Assembly: GCA_002238855.1 (NCBI GenBank) | Contig: MPND01000013.1 | Span: forward strand, 9,970 to 73,969 | Length of the DNA stretch: 64,000 nt | Direction: 5' to 3' | Source of the DNA: SAR202 cluster bacterium bin90 | GTDB lineage: Bacteria; Chloroflexota; Dehalococcoidia; Lucifugimonadales; JADFKI01 | Part shown: positions 1-9,839 of the stretch, piece after piece | Numbering within the stretch: position 1 is the stretch's first letter | How the letters are laid out: the number at the start of each line of letters is the position of its first letter | The notes under the pieces: generated by a model | What the model saw: only the letters and a program-made list of their open reading frames with translations | Database searches by the model: none | What the model was told of the DNA's origin: nothing | Translations under genes and position numbers: made by a program

Positions 1-392
1 GCAATTCCGGACTTCGCTCTCATCATTCCCGTGCGCGACCGGGTGCCTTCGGGGAACAGCACCACCGGTTTGCCGGCCCTGAGCTGGCTGATGACCCACC
101 TATACGCACGAATGTCACCGCCCTCACGATTAACGGGAGACGCTCCATACGAATTCAGGAACCACGTAATGACATGCCCCATGAAGAGACTCGACTTCGC
201 GAGGAAATAGACTCTGCGGGGGATGCTCGCGCTCAGGAGAGGAGGGTCGAAGTTGCTCTGGTGATTGGCGATGATGATCAGCGCACCCATCGGAGGCACA
301 TTCTCTATGCCGTTGACCTGCCAGTCAGCGAACAACCGCAGCACAAGCCGCTGCATGGGGATACACAGGCGATAGACCCAGTCATTTAGCAT
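1..392 (-). CDS. plsC: 1-acyl-sn-glycerol-3-phosphate acyltransferase (PlsC family), N-terminal part; the 3' end runs off the window
   Basis: Absent from the ORF track because there is no stop in the window. My minus-strand translation from ATG 392 reads MLNDWVYRLCIP...IIIANHQSNFDPPLL...VVLFPEGTRS. It carries the HX4D (NHQSNFD) and FPEGTR acyltransferase motifs. The ATG overlaps the cmk stop (ATGCTAA). Confidence 0.8.
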   Translation of the reverse strand, partial: MLNDWVYRLCIPMQRLVLRLFADWQVNGIENVPPMGALIIIANHQSNFDPPLLSASIPRRVYFLAKSSLFMGHVITWFLNSYGASPVNREGGDIRAYRWVISQLRAGKPVVLFPEGTRSRTGMMRAKSGI

Positions 393-1057
393 TGGCGCAC
401 CTTGGAGAGTATTTCGAGTACGACTTCTTCTACGGTCATGTCATCGCTGCAGATTGTTGTCGCGTCTTCTGCAGGAGACAGCGGTGAGTCATCCCTCTCG
501 CTGTCAACTCTGTCACGCCGTCTGAGTTCATCCAGAACCTGCCCAAAGTTATGGCGTCCCTGCATCTCAGCGGCACGCCTCTCTGCGCGCACCTCCGCCG
601 ACGCCGTCAGGAACACCTTCGCATCCGCTTCAGGAAGCACGACAGTACCAATGTCGCGGCCACACATGACGATCGGACCGTCAGCCGCGATTACGCGCTG
701 CTGCGCCACAAGTGCCCGACGCACTCCGCTCACCGCAGACACCGTGGAAACAATGGAGTCAACTTCCGGCAACCTGAGCCTGTCAGTAATGTCAGTACCG
801 TCCAGGAGTAACCGGTCTTCGTCCGATTGCGTGACGAGCCTGATACCAGAGCTACAGGCGAGCGATGACAACTTCGACGCGCAGTTCGCGTTGACGCCCC
901 TCTGGATTGCTGCCCAAGTAATGGCTCGATACATCGAGCCTGTGTCAAGGAAGCGAATGCCCAACCTGCGCGCGACCTCCCTGCCAACGACGCTTTTGCC
1001 GGACGCCGCAGGTCCATCAATCGCTATTGTGAGAGTACAGTCGCTTTCCGATTTCAA
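386..1057 (-). CDS. cmk: cytidylate kinase
   Basis: 223 aa. P-loop IAIDGPAASGKS, then FLDTGSMYRA, typical of Cmk. Confidence 0.9.
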   Translation of the reverse strand: MKSESDCTLTIAIDGPAASGKSVVGREVARRLGIRFLDTGSMYRAITWAAIQRGVNANCASKLSSLACSSGIRLVTQSDEDRLLLDGTDITDRLRLPEVDSIVSTVSAVSGVRRALVAQQRVIAADGPIVMCGRDIGTVVLPEADAKVFLTASAEVRAERRAAEMQGRHNFGQVLDELRRRDRVDSERDDSPLSPAEDATTICSDDMTVEEVVLEILSKVRQC

Positions 1058-1215
1058 CTGGCCGTTCTTCCTAAATATCGTTTCAGGCTGGCATATAAGC
1101 TGATTATATGACGCGCACTAATACGCGGGCAAGAAGAAGGTTCTGGGAAGAAGTCGATCACCAGATGTGAGGAACCAATTCCGTGCGCCAATGACTTTCG
1201 CAGATATTCCCCTTC

Positions 1216-1224
1216 TGATATAAT
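1216..1224 (+). promoter_or_regulatory. extended -10 element TGATATAAT upstream of purA
   Basis: TGaTATAAT lies at 1216-1224, about 140 nt upstream of the purA ATG. The -35 (TTTCGC) is weak. Confidence 0.4.
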
Positions 1225-1366
1225 CGCAGATGCTTTGCGCTTTTGGGAATACAGTCGCAGATAGCAGACTGAAGTTCCCTTGGCCGGAGGGAATCAGGAG
1301 AGCGGATTGTTGCCGCTCGCTTTGTGTGCATGGGCACATCCCAATGTGAGATACAGGAGAAAAGGC

Positions 1367-2668
1367 ATGCCTGCCTACGCCGTTTTAGGTGCTCAATGGG
1401 GCGACGAAGGAAAAGGAAAGATAATCGATGTGCTGGCGCGTGATGCCGACATCGTGGCGAGGTTCTCCGGCGGCAACAACGCCGGACACACCGTCGTCAA
1501 CGAGGACGGTGAGTTCAGCTTCCACATCATTCCTTGCGGTGTGTTCTGGCCCCAGACCATGAATGTGATTGGCAATGGAGTGGTCGTCGATCCCGATGTG
1601 CTTCTCGACGAGATAGACAGCCTGACCGAACAGGGCATAGACATACAGGACAGGCTGGTTGTCAGTGATCGTGCGCACATCATCATGCCCTACCATGTCG
1701 CGCTGGATGTTCTCGCCGAGAAGGCACGCGGCAACAGCGCGATCGGCACGACCGGGAAAGGCATAGGTCCCACATACGCCGACAAGGCGGCGCGCACCGG
1801 CATCCGAGCCGCGGACCTGCTGGATGTGGAGTCATTGCTGCCTAGACTTGAGAGCATCCTCGAGCACACGAATGCCGTCATTACCAAAGTATATGGCGGT
1901 GAGGCAATTTCTGCGCAGGAAGTCTTTGACAAGTGCAAGCAATGGTCGGAGCGGCTAGCTCCTTACATCGCGCCGGTGGAGAAGATTATCCACAATGCCC
2001 TGAGAGCCAAGCAGAACGTGCTCCTTGAGGGGGCACAAGGTGCCCTGCTTGACCTCGACCATGGTACGTATCCCTATGTAACCTCGTCGAACCCCACTGT
2101 CGGCGGAGCATGCATTGGGCTTGGGATGTCACCAATACACATCGCGGGCATCACAGGCGTATTCAAGGCGTACTCCACACGAGTGGGCGGCGGCCCCCTG
2201 CCAACTGAGTTGCTCGATGTTACGGGCGAGACAATCCGTGAACTCGCGCAGGAGTTTGGTGTTACGACAGGCAGGCCAAGGCGCGTAGGCTGGTTTGACG
2301 GAGTGGCGGCGCGCTTCAGCGTAGAGGTGAACGGCTACACTTCCGCCATTCTGACAAGGCTCGACGTGCTGGACGGTTTCGACTCCGTGAGGATATGTAC
2401 CCATTACGAGTTGGACGGCAATATTGTCGATGAGTTCCCCGGCGGCGTGGCGGCGCTTGAACGCTGCAAGCCCATCTACGAGGAGATGCCCGGCTGGGAC
2501 AGCCCCACCGCCAGCGTCACCAACTTTGAGCAGCTGCCGGTGGAAGCGCGCAACTACGTGGAACGACTACAAGAGGTCATCGGCTGTAGGATAGACCTGA
2601 TTTCCACCGGACCTCACCGTCACGAGACGATCATGGTGCGGCCGGTAATCGATGTGGCGTCGGCTTAG
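1367..2668 (+). CDS. purA: adenylosuccinate synthetase
   Basis: The ORF opens at 1280, but MPAYAVLGAQWGDEGKGK starts at ATG 1367 and is preceded by AGGAGA. GDEGKGK and GNNAGHT motifs are present. Confidence 0.93.
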   Translation: MPAYAVLGAQWGDEGKGKIIDVLARDADIVARFSGGNNAGHTVVNEDGEFSFHIIPCGVFWPQTMNVIGNGVVVDPDVLLDEIDSLTEQGIDIQDRLVVSDRAHIIMPYHVALDVLAEKARGNSAIGTTGKGIGPTYADKAARTGIRAADLLDVESLLPRLESILEHTNAVITKVYGGEAISAQEVFDKCKQWSERLAPYIAPVEKIIHNALRAKQNVLLEGAQGALLDLDHGTYPYVTSSNPTVGGACIGLGMSPIHIAGITGVFKAYSTRVGGGPLPTELLDVTGETIRELAQEFGVTTGRPRRVGWFDGVAARFSVEVNGYTSAILTRLDVLDGFDSVRICTHYELDGNIVDEFPGGVAALERCKPIYEEMPGWDSPTASVTNFEQLPVEARNYVERLQEVIGCRIDLISTGPHRHETIMVRPVIDVASA

Positions 2669-2719
2669 CCTTCTTTCACCGAGCGCATACGGCACTTCCC
2701 TCACGACCTTAGACAAAGA

Positions 2720-2759
2720 GAAACCCCGACCGCAACTGCGATCGGGGTTTCTGTTTATC
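2720..2759. terminator. bidirectional intrinsic terminator between convergent purA and dapA
   Basis: GAAACCCCGA (2720-2729) pairs with TCGGGGTTTC (2742-2751). It is followed by TGTTTAT on + and by TCTTTGTCT on -. Confidence 0.7.
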
Positions 2760-2780
2760 ACTGCTTTAAGGGAGCGCCGA

Positions 2781-3695
2781 TTAGTCGTCTCCACCAACAG
2801 GGACGGGTAGTTGCAAGTCAATTGCGTACCTGTCCACCACCGCGTCTATGGTCGCTGCCGTGTCCTCATCCGGCGGGATGAGCGGCAGTCTTGGCTGCCC
2901 CACATTGAAGCCTGCCTTGCCCACGCAGTACTTCACCGGGATCGGGTTGGTGACGACAAACAGTATCTTGAACAGCTCGAACAGGCGCAGATGCTCGGCG
3001 GCTGCGCTCTCGATGTCGCCCTCCAGAATCATGCCCATCATCGCCTTGATCTGGCTGCCCACTATGTGTGACGCCACGCTGACGATGCCATAGCCGCCCG
3101 CGCACATAATCGGGAAGGTCTCGTCGTCGTTACCGCTCCACACCTTGAAGTCGTCGTCAGTGTCGCGGATTATCTTCGTAATCTGCACCGGATCGCTGCT
3201 GGCTTCCTTCGTACCGACAATGTTGTCGATCTGGCTGAGGCGCACGGTAGTAACATCGGTCATGTTCAGGGCTGTACGACTCGGCACATTGTAAAGCACG
3301 CAGGGCAGGCTGACGCTTTCCGCAATCGTCTTGAAGTGCTGGTACAGTCCCTCCTGTGGCGGCTTGTTGTACGACGGAACCGTCATAAGGATGCCGTCAA
3401 CGCCAAGCGCTTCGGCTTCCTTGCTCAAGGCAACCCCTTCTGCCGTGTTGTAGCCGGTCGTGCCTGCAATAATCGCGGCGCGGTCGCCTACCGCTCGCTT
3501 GGTCGCCTCGTACATACCCAGCTTTTCGTCGAAGGAGAGCGTGGGGGTTTCGCCAGTCGTGCCAGTGATGACGAGGCCGTCGCTGCCGGATTCCACGAGA
3601 GCCGAGGCAAGGCGTCCCGCCTCGTCATAGTCAACGGCGCCGTCCTCATCGAAGGGCGTTATCATCGCGGTGATAAGTCTGCCAAGTTCTACCAT
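2781..3695 (-). CDS. dapA: 4-hydroxy-tetrahydrodipicolinate synthase
   Basis: 304 aa. ITAMITPF...GLVITGTTGETPTLS. Sits in a block with asd and dapB. Confidence 0.9.
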   Translation of the reverse strand: MVELGRLITAMITPFDEDGAVDYDEAGRLASALVESGSDGLVITGTTGETPTLSFDEKLGMYEATKRAVGDRAAIIAGTTGYNTAEGVALSKEAEALGVDGILMTVPSYNKPPQEGLYQHFKTIAESVSLPCVLYNVPSRTALNMTDVTTVRLSQIDNIVGTKEASSDPVQITKIIRDTDDDFKVWSGNDDETFPIMCAGGYGIVSVASHIVGSQIKAMMGMILEGDIESAAAEHLRLFELFKILFVVTNPIPVKYCVGKAGFNVGQPRLPLIPPDEDTAATIDAVVDRYAIDLQLPVPVGGDD

Positions 3696-3753
3696 TGTCG
3701 AGCCTCCTTGAGCGGGGATTTCACAGCGGTCTTTCTGTTCTGTGTCAAGCCTC

Positions 3754-4824
3754 TCAACTTACAGCGGCTTGCCTTGGCAGCAGGTTGCGCTCGATCACTT
3801 CCTCGGCAATCTGCAGCGCGTTGGTAGCCGCGCCCTTGCGCAGGTTGTCAGTAACCACCCACATTGCGATGCCATTGGGATGGGACACATCTTGCCGAAT
3901 CCGCCCGACAAACACCTCGTCGCGCCCTGCCGCCTCAATGGGCATAGGATACACATTTGCAAGTGGGTCGTCCACCACTTTGATGCCGGGGAAGTCAACG
4001 AGAATCTCGCGCACTTCTCCTGGACTCATGGGGTTCTCGAACTCAATATGCAGCGCCTCGCTGTGGCTGAGCATCACCGGAACGCGCACGCAAGTCGCTG
4101 ACACCGCAATGTCCGGCGCGTGCAGGATTTTGCGCGTCTCGTTCACCATCTTCATCTCTTCGTTCGTGTAACCATTTTCGAGGAAAGGCTCGATATGCGG
4201 CAGCGCGTTGAAGGCGATGGGATGCGGATATGCGTCCGGTGTGAGATCGTCATGCGTCAGGCTGTCGTCGTGCGTAAGCTGCTTCGACTGCACGCGCAAC
4301 TCCTCGACCGCCGCCGCGCCCGTGCCTGAAACGGACTGGTATGTGTCCGCAATAACGCGCCTGACCGGATTGATCTCCATCAGTGGCTTAAGCACCATCA
4401 CAAGCGGCGTGGTGGAGCAGTTCGGGATGGAGATGATTCCCTTGTGGTCCTCCACATCGGAGCCATTGACCTCCGGCACGACCAGCGGCACATCCGGGTT
4501 CATTCGGAAAGCTGAGCTATCGTCGATGACAACTGCGCCCTGCTCTGCCGCGACCGGCGCGAGAGCACGGCTGACATCGCCGCTCGCAGAGATGAACACG
4601 AAGTCAACCTCGCTGAACAACTCAGGCGTCGCCAGTTCGACCGCAATTTCCTGCCCCATGCATTTCAACTTCTTCCCGACCGAGCGCTCCGAGGCGCACA
4701 AACGGATACCCGAAACAGGAAAATTGCGTTCCTCGAGCACATCCATAAAGACGCGCCCTACGGCGCCCGTTGCGCCAACTACCGCGATGCTGCAAGCGTC
4801 CACTTTGACTTCGACCTCCGACAA
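3754..4824 (-). CDS. asd: aspartate-semialdehyde dehydrogenase
   Basis: 356 aa. NAD-binding motif IAVVGATGAVG and active-site motif SIPNCSTT. Confidence 0.92.
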   Translation of the reverse strand: MSEVEVKVDACSIAVVGATGAVGRVFMDVLEERNFPVSGIRLCASERSVGKKLKCMGQEIAVELATPELFSEVDFVFISASGDVSRALAPVAAEQGAVVIDDSSAFRMNPDVPLVVPEVNGSDVEDHKGIISIPNCSTTPLVMVLKPLMEINPVRRVIADTYQSVSGTGAAAVEELRVQSKQLTHDDSLTHDDLTPDAYPHPIAFNALPHIEPFLENGYTNEEMKMVNETRKILHAPDIAVSATCVRVPVMLSHSEALHIEFENPMSPGEVREILVDFPGIKVVDDPLANVYPMPIEAAGRDEVFVGRIRQDVSHPNGIAMWVVTDNLRKGAATNALQIAEEVIERNLLPRQAAVS

Positions 4825-4912
4825 GAAAGTAAGTTATTCAACCTTTCTATGATAACCGCTTCATCTCGCCAAATCTATAAATTCCTGTGGATTTCGCGCA
4901 GCGCCGCTGCCA

Positions 4913-5701
4913 TTAAAGACCCATTATTTTGTCCAGGCCAACCGTCAAGCCCTTGCGGTTCACGACTTCGTTGATGGCTAGCGTAACGCCCGGCATGAAA
5001 CTCTCTCGGTTGACTGAATCGTGGCGAATGGTGAGCGTCTGGCCTAGCGCGCCGAACACCAGCTCATGGTGTGCCACACGCCCCGGCATTCGCGCGCTGT
5101 GCACACTGATGCCCTGATGCGCCGCCCCGCGCGCTCCGTCAATCAGCTCCTTCTCGGACTGAGGCGCGATGAATCCCTCCGGCTTTCCTTCCAAGGCAGC
5201 GTTGGCAATTGCGAGCGCAGTTCCCGACGGCGAGTCAATCTTCGCTTCGTGGTGCATCTCGGTCAGGTCAGCGTAGTCGAAGAAGCGGGATGCCTGCCTT
5301 GCCAGCGCAATCATCAGAACCGCGCCCATTGCAAAGTTAGGCGCAATGATTACTCCGACCTCATGCTCGTTGGCAAGGCTCTCCGCTTCCTGGTAAATGG
5401 CGTCGGTAATACCCGTCGAGCCGATGACGATGTTCACCCCCCGTGGAGCCGCCGTCCTCAGCACCGACAACGCACCTTCTGCCCCAGTGAAGTCAACCAC
5501 CACATCCGCGCCTTCCACCACATCGGCAAGCGAGCCGGAGATCGGAATCTCGCCCAGACCGTCGGGGAGCCCTATCGTTCCCTGGCTTGCCGCGATGTCT
5601 GCTGCTCCTACGGGCTGCATCCCCAGAGTGTGAGTTACGGTCTCCAGCACCTGCTGACCCATTTTGCCCATGACGCCGTGTACGACAACATTGATAGCCA
5701 T
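4913..5701 (-). CDS. dapB: 4-hydroxy-tetrahydrodipicolinate reductase
   Basis: MAINVVVHGVMGKMG starts at ATG 5701; the track ORF starts 13 codons earlier. Signature EMHHEAKIDSPSGTA is present. Confidence 0.88.
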   Translation of the reverse strand: MAINVVVHGVMGKMGQQVLETVTHTLGMQPVGAADIAASQGTIGLPDGLGEIPISGSLADVVEGADVVVDFTGAEGALSVLRTAAPRGVNIVIGSTGITDAIYQEAESLANEHEVGVIIAPNFAMGAVLMIALARQASRFFDYADLTEMHHEAKIDSPSGTALAIANAALEGKPEGFIAPQSEKELIDGARGAAHQGISVHSARMPGRVAHHELVFGALGQTLTIRHDSVNRESFMPGVTLAINEVVNRKGLTVGLDKIMGL

Positions 5702-5788
5702 TGCGCGAACTCCAGTAGTAAGATTGCACCAATTTATCATAGGCGTCTGGCATCATCAATCAGCCACAGGAGGAGCAGCTACCGGGCG

Positions 5789-7216
5789 ATGTCTTACATG
5801 AGTGGTGGCTACGACGCGGTTGTCGTGGGTTCTGGCCCCAACGGCCTTGCGGCAGCGATTACGATCGCCCAGGCGGGACGCAGTGTGCTGTTGCTGGAAG
5901 CCGCAGACACGCCCGGCGGCGGCGCGCGCACCGCAGAACTAACTCTACCCGGATTCCACCACGATGTCTGCTCCGCGCTGCACCCGCTCGCGGTGGGCTC
6001 GCCGTACCTCAGCACGCTGCCGCTCGCGGAGCACGGGCTGGAGTGGATTCACCCGCGCTATCCGGTGGCGCATCCGCTCGACGGCGGCAGCGCAGCCGTG
6101 CTGGAACGCGATGTGGACGCGACCGCCGCGAATCTGGGCGATGATGCAGAATCCTATCGCAATCTGATGTCCTCGCTCGTGCGCGACTGGAGCAGGATTG
6201 CAGTGGGGGCAATGGGCCCTCTCCGCCCGCCGCGCAACCCTATTGCGATGGGACGATTCGGGCTGAAGGCGCTGCGATCGGCACGCGGCCTTGCGGATTC
6301 TTGGCTCAGGACCGAGCAGGCACGAGCGCTGTTCGCGGGCATTGCGGCGCACTCTGTAACGCCGCTGGAGTTCAGGGGATCGGCGGCGGCTGGACTTGTT
6401 CTGCAAGTGGCGGGTCACGCGGTCGGCTGGCCGATGCCGCGCAGCGGGGCGCAGAGCCTCACTGATGCGATGGTCTCCTACCTGCAATCCCTAGGTGGCG
6501 AGGTCGTTACAGGTGTGAGAGTGGATTCTCTCGATGAACTGCCACAGGCCTCCGCCGTGCTGCTCAATGTTGGAGCGCGAGAGCTAGCGCGAATCGCAGG
6601 CGACAGGCTGCCGACAGGTTACAGGCGCAAGCTCGACACCTTCCGGTATGGGCCCGGCGTATTCAAGATTGACTGGGCCCTGGACGCCCCGATTCCGTGG
6701 ACGGCTGCGGAGTGTGGCGAGGCTGGAACGGTGCATCTTGGCGGAACGTTGGAGGAGATTGCGGACGCCGAAGCCGCGGTCTGGCGCGGCGAGCACCCTG
6801 AGCGACCCTTCGTATTACTCGCTCAGCCAACGATGTTCGACAACACCCGCGCACCCTCAGGCAAGCATGTCGCTTGGGCGTACTGCCATGTGCCAAACGG
6901 CTCTGACTTCGAAATGACGGAGCGCATAGAAGCGCAGGTCGAGCGATTCGCGCCCGGCTTCAGGGAGCGGGTTCTTGCGCGCAGCGTGATGTCTCCATCA
7001 GACATTGAGGCATACAACGCAAACTATGTCGGCGGGGATATCGGCAGTGGCGCAAACACGCTACGCCAGCTCTTCGCGCGCCCCGTGTCCGCAATCGCGC
7101 CGTACAGGACTCCTATAAAGGGCGTTTACCTCTGCTCGGCATCGACTCCGCCGGGCGCAGGCGTGCATGGGATGTGCGGATACTGGGCTGCGCGCGATGC
7201 GCTGAAGCGACTGTGA
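5789..7216 (+). CDS. NAD(P)/FAD-dependent oxidoreductase, phytoene-desaturase (CrtI-like) family
   Basis: The real start is probably ATG 5789 (MSYMSGGYDAVVVGSGPNGLAAA, a Rossmann motif). The upstream part of track ORF 5066-7216 is antisense to dapB. Confidence 0.75.
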   Translation: MSYMSGGYDAVVVGSGPNGLAAAITIAQAGRSVLLLEAADTPGGGARTAELTLPGFHHDVCSALHPLAVGSPYLSTLPLAEHGLEWIHPRYPVAHPLDGGSAAVLERDVDATAANLGDDAESYRNLMSSLVRDWSRIAVGAMGPLRPPRNPIAMGRFGLKALRSARGLADSWLRTEQARALFAGIAAHSVTPLEFRGSAAAGLVLQVAGHAVGWPMPRSGAQSLTDAMVSYLQSLGGEVVTGVRVDSLDELPQASAVLLNVGARELARIAGDRLPTGYRRKLDTFRYGPGVFKIDWALDAPIPWTAAECGEAGTVHLGGTLEEIADAEAAVWRGEHPERPFVLLAQPTMFDNTRAPSGKHVAWAYCHVPNGSDFEMTERIEAQVERFAPGFRERVLARSVMSPSDIEAYNANYVGGDIGSGANTLRQLFARPVSAIAPYRTPIKGVYLCSASTPPGAGVHGMCGYWAARDALKRL

Positions 7217-7236
7217 GTGTGATACCGGGGGGCGTG

Positions 7237-7977
7237 CTAGGGCAGTTCCAGACCGTGCTCTTCGAGGAGCGCTTCATCGGACAGAATTTCGTGAGTAGGT
7301 GCGTCGGCCACGACCTTCCCGCCGTCCATGATGACAACGCGCGGGAATATGTCCTTGACCATATGCATGTCGTGAGTGGTGACGATAATGGTCTGCTCAA
7401 GGCGGTCAAGCAGTTGAATGAGACCGCGCCGCGCACGAGGGTCAAGTCCTGCTGACGGCTCGTCAAGCGCGAGCACTTGTGGGCGCATTGAGAGCACGCT
7501 TGCGATGGCAGCGCGCTTCTTCTCGCCGCCGCTCAGGTGGAACGGCATCCTGTCTTCGTAGCCTCCTAGTCCAACCTGCGAAAGCGCGTCGCTAACTCGC
7601 GCCTCAACCTCGTCGCCCGGCAACCCCATGTATATGGGACCGAAGGCGACATCGTCATGGACGCTTGGAGAGAAAAGCTGGTCGTCAGGGTCCTGGAAGA
7701 CGACGCCAACCAGTGCGCGTATCTCCTGCAAGCCACGCTTATCGTCTTCCTGCACCTCGCGCCCCATTATGGCGACATTGCCGCTTCGTGCGTGCAGCAG
7801 GCCATTCAGGTGCAACAACAGCGTTGACTTACCTGCCCCGTTCGGTCCGAGGATCGCTACCTTCTCGCCGGGCCCTATAGAAAGCTCCACACCGCGCAGA
7901 GCAGGACGGCCGTCCGGGTATGAGAACTCCAGGTTGTTTACAGATACGGCTGGATTGTGTCCATTCTGGCTTGCCAT
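7237..7977 (-). CDS. cbiO: ECF/cobalt transporter ATP-binding subunit
   Basis: Walker A GPNGAGKST, signature LSGGEKKR, Walker B LALDEP. Lies directly downstream of cbiQ. Confidence 0.88.
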   Translation of the reverse strand: MASQNGHNPAVSVNNLEFSYPDGRPALRGVELSIGPGEKVAILGPNGAGKSTLLLHLNGLLHARSGNVAIMGREVQEDDKRGLQEIRALVGVVFQDPDDQLFSPSVHDDVAFGPIYMGLPGDEVEARVSDALSQVGLGGYEDRMPFHLSGGEKKRAAIASVLSMRPQVLALDEPSAGLDPRARRGLIQLLDRLEQTIIVTTHDMHMVKDIFPRVVIMDGGKVVADAPTHEILSDEALLEEHGLELP

Positions 7978-8778
7978 TTAGAGCACCATCCTTGCGGCAA
8001 CGGCTACAGAGGCAAACAAGCAGAGCAGCAGCGCAAGCGTAACCATCGCACCACGTCTCAACGGAATCGCGTCCGCTTGTCGGATCGTGCCATCATAGCC
8101 CCTTGCGACCATTGCCATGTAAATGCGTTCGCTGCGATCGAGTGTGCGGATGAAGAGTGACCCCGCCATGCCTCCGGCGGATTTGGCGCGCCACACTATC
8201 GAACCTCCGGCTTTGGGGCCAATGGCGGCGCTTCGCGCAGCGCGTGCGCGCATCATGCTCTGCGCCTCTTCCACCAGCACGAACAGGTAGCGATACATCA
8301 GCATGACGATCGCGACCAGCACTGCCGGAATGCGAAGCGCGCGCAGCGCCTCGAGCAGTTTCAGCGGCGGCGTGGTAGCTGTCAGCACCACGGCGGCAGT
8401 CACCGACGCCCAGGACTTCAGTAGCACGCTAAAGAAAAAGTCCAGCCCTTCCCTCGTGCCCGTAAGCGCGAAGAGGGCAAGGTCAAGCTCGAACAGAGGC
8501 GCCCCGGGCTTCGTGAACACGGTGGGTAGTGCAATTAGTATGAAGGGTATCGCCACGAGTGAACGTAGGAATACTCGCGGCAACCCCACACGCGATACGC
8601 CGGCTGCGAACCAGACCAAGATCAGCATCGCGGCGAATCCGGTCCACTTGCCGGGGGGAATCGAAGTTGTGGCGAATATGAAGCCGAGCGCCATCACCAA
8701 CTTGATGCGGGCGTCCGTCCTGTGAAACCAGCTTTCGCCTTCGAGGTAGCGGTCGAGAAATCCGGCGGCAGTCGTCAT
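7978..8778 (-). CDS. cbiQ: ECF transporter transmembrane (T) component, CbiQ family
   Basis: 266-aa polytopic membrane protein lying between cbiM and cbiO. It abuts the cbiO start. Confidence 0.8.
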   Translation of the reverse strand: MTTAAGFLDRYLEGESWFHRTDARIKLVMALGFIFATTSIPPGKWTGFAAMLILVWFAAGVSRVGLPRVFLRSLVAIPFILIALPTVFTKPGAPLFELDLALFALTGTREGLDFFFSVLLKSWASVTAAVVLTATTPPLKLLEALRALRIPAVLVAIVMLMYRYLFVLVEEAQSMMRARAARSAAIGPKAGGSIVWRAKSAGGMAGSLFIRTLDRSERIYMAMVARGYDGTIRQADAIPLRRGAMVTLALLLCLFASVAVAARMVL

Positions 8779-8786
8779 TCGGGCAT

Positions 8787-9839
8787 CTATTCGTGAGCGA
8801 GGGTCGTGCTGCGCCTTCTGTACAGCGTGTACAAGCCATACATCGCGCCAGCAACCAGGGCGTAGACAATCGTCACGCCGATGACGCCCGCCAGAATCGT
8901 AGCCAAGCCTTCATTCTGAATGCCCGGAACCACATAGTCGGCAATGATTGCATAAGGAGCATCCTGAGCACGCTCGATGAAGCCTGCGTCCTCCGCGATG
9001 CGCTCCAACCCATCGGGCGACCCTGACGCGAGCGGCGCGAGCAGCGTTACGGCAACAGCCACGAAATACCCGACCACCCACCAGCGCACGCCCATGCGTC
9101 CCTCGGAGGGCACGGTGCGGGCGGTGACCACTTCGACTGCATCTTTCGCCGGTGCCTGCAGCAGCGCAGGACGCGCCGCCCGAATGAACGACAGCGCGAA
9201 CACGGTTATCAGCGCCTCACCGATGCCAATCAGCATGTGTACGCCAATCATTGCCGGCAGCGCGAGTGCAAGCGGTGTAGTGCCGCTCATTCCGAGCATC
9301 AGCGCGGTAGTGGCGGCCGAAAAGACGACCGACAGCCAGGCAGCGATGAACGCGCCAATCAACAGGTGCTTGAAGGTTGTGCCAAGCTTGCGGGAAACCC
9401 AGTACGCGCCATAGCCGGCGAGCACGCTTACTATGGACATATTAAGCAGGTTGATGCCCAGCACTACGAGGCCACCGTCCTGGAATAGCAGCGCCTGCAA
9501 TCCCACTACAGCCGTCATTACAAGTATCGCAGCCCAGGGACCGAGCACAATCGCGGCGAGCGCTCCTCCTACAAGATGACCGGAGGTCCCACCGGCAACC
9601 GGAAAGTTAAGCATCTGTGCGGCAAATATGAACGCAGCCATCACGCCCATCATCGGCACGATGCGTTCATTCAAGCTCTTGTTCGTCTGCCTGATCGCAA
9701 TCCCAATGAACAAGGCGGCAAGCACATATCCTGCAATTGCAACCGGCAGGCTGAAGAAGCCGTCGGGAGCGTGCAGGGGCAGCGGTACGTTGCCATCTAT
9801 CAGGGGCAGGTTAATGCTCAATGTCATCTTGAATCTCAC
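8787..9839 (-). CDS. cbiM: CbiM/NikM-type ECF substrate-capture component fused to a C-terminal PDGLE-domain segment
   Basis: N-terminal about 230 aa: LHAPDGFFS...[14 protein letters not shown], CbiM-like. C-terminal about 100 aa carries the literal [14 protein letters not shown] motif plus one terminal TM helix. The start is uncertain (M1 or M5). Confidence 0.8.
   Translation of the reverse strand: MRFKMTLSINLPLIDGNVPLPLHAPDGFFSLPVAIAGYVLAALFIGIAIRQTNKSLNERIVPMMGVMAAFIFAAQMLNFPVAGGTSGHLVGGALAAIVLGPWAAILVMTAVVGLQALLFQDGGLVVLGINLLNMSIVSVLAGYGAYWVSRKLGTTFKHLLIGAFIAAWLSVVFSAATTALMLGMSGTTPLALALPAMIGVHMLIGIGEALITVFALSFIRAARPALLQAPAKDAVEVVTARTVPSEGRMGVRWWVVGYFVAVAVTLLAPLASGSPDGLERIAEDAGFIERAQDAPYAIIADYVVPGIQNEGLATILAGVIGVTIVYALVAGAMYGLYTLYRRRSTTLAHE

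Noticed and set aside
174-389. 71-aa + strand ORF
   Set aside because: It is antisense to the partial plsC gene, whose translation carries clear HX4D and FPEGTR motifs.
5066-5788. 5' extension of the 716-aa ORF
   Set aside because: This part is antisense to dapB and has no homology-like features. The Rossmann motif and a plausible ATG begin at 5789.
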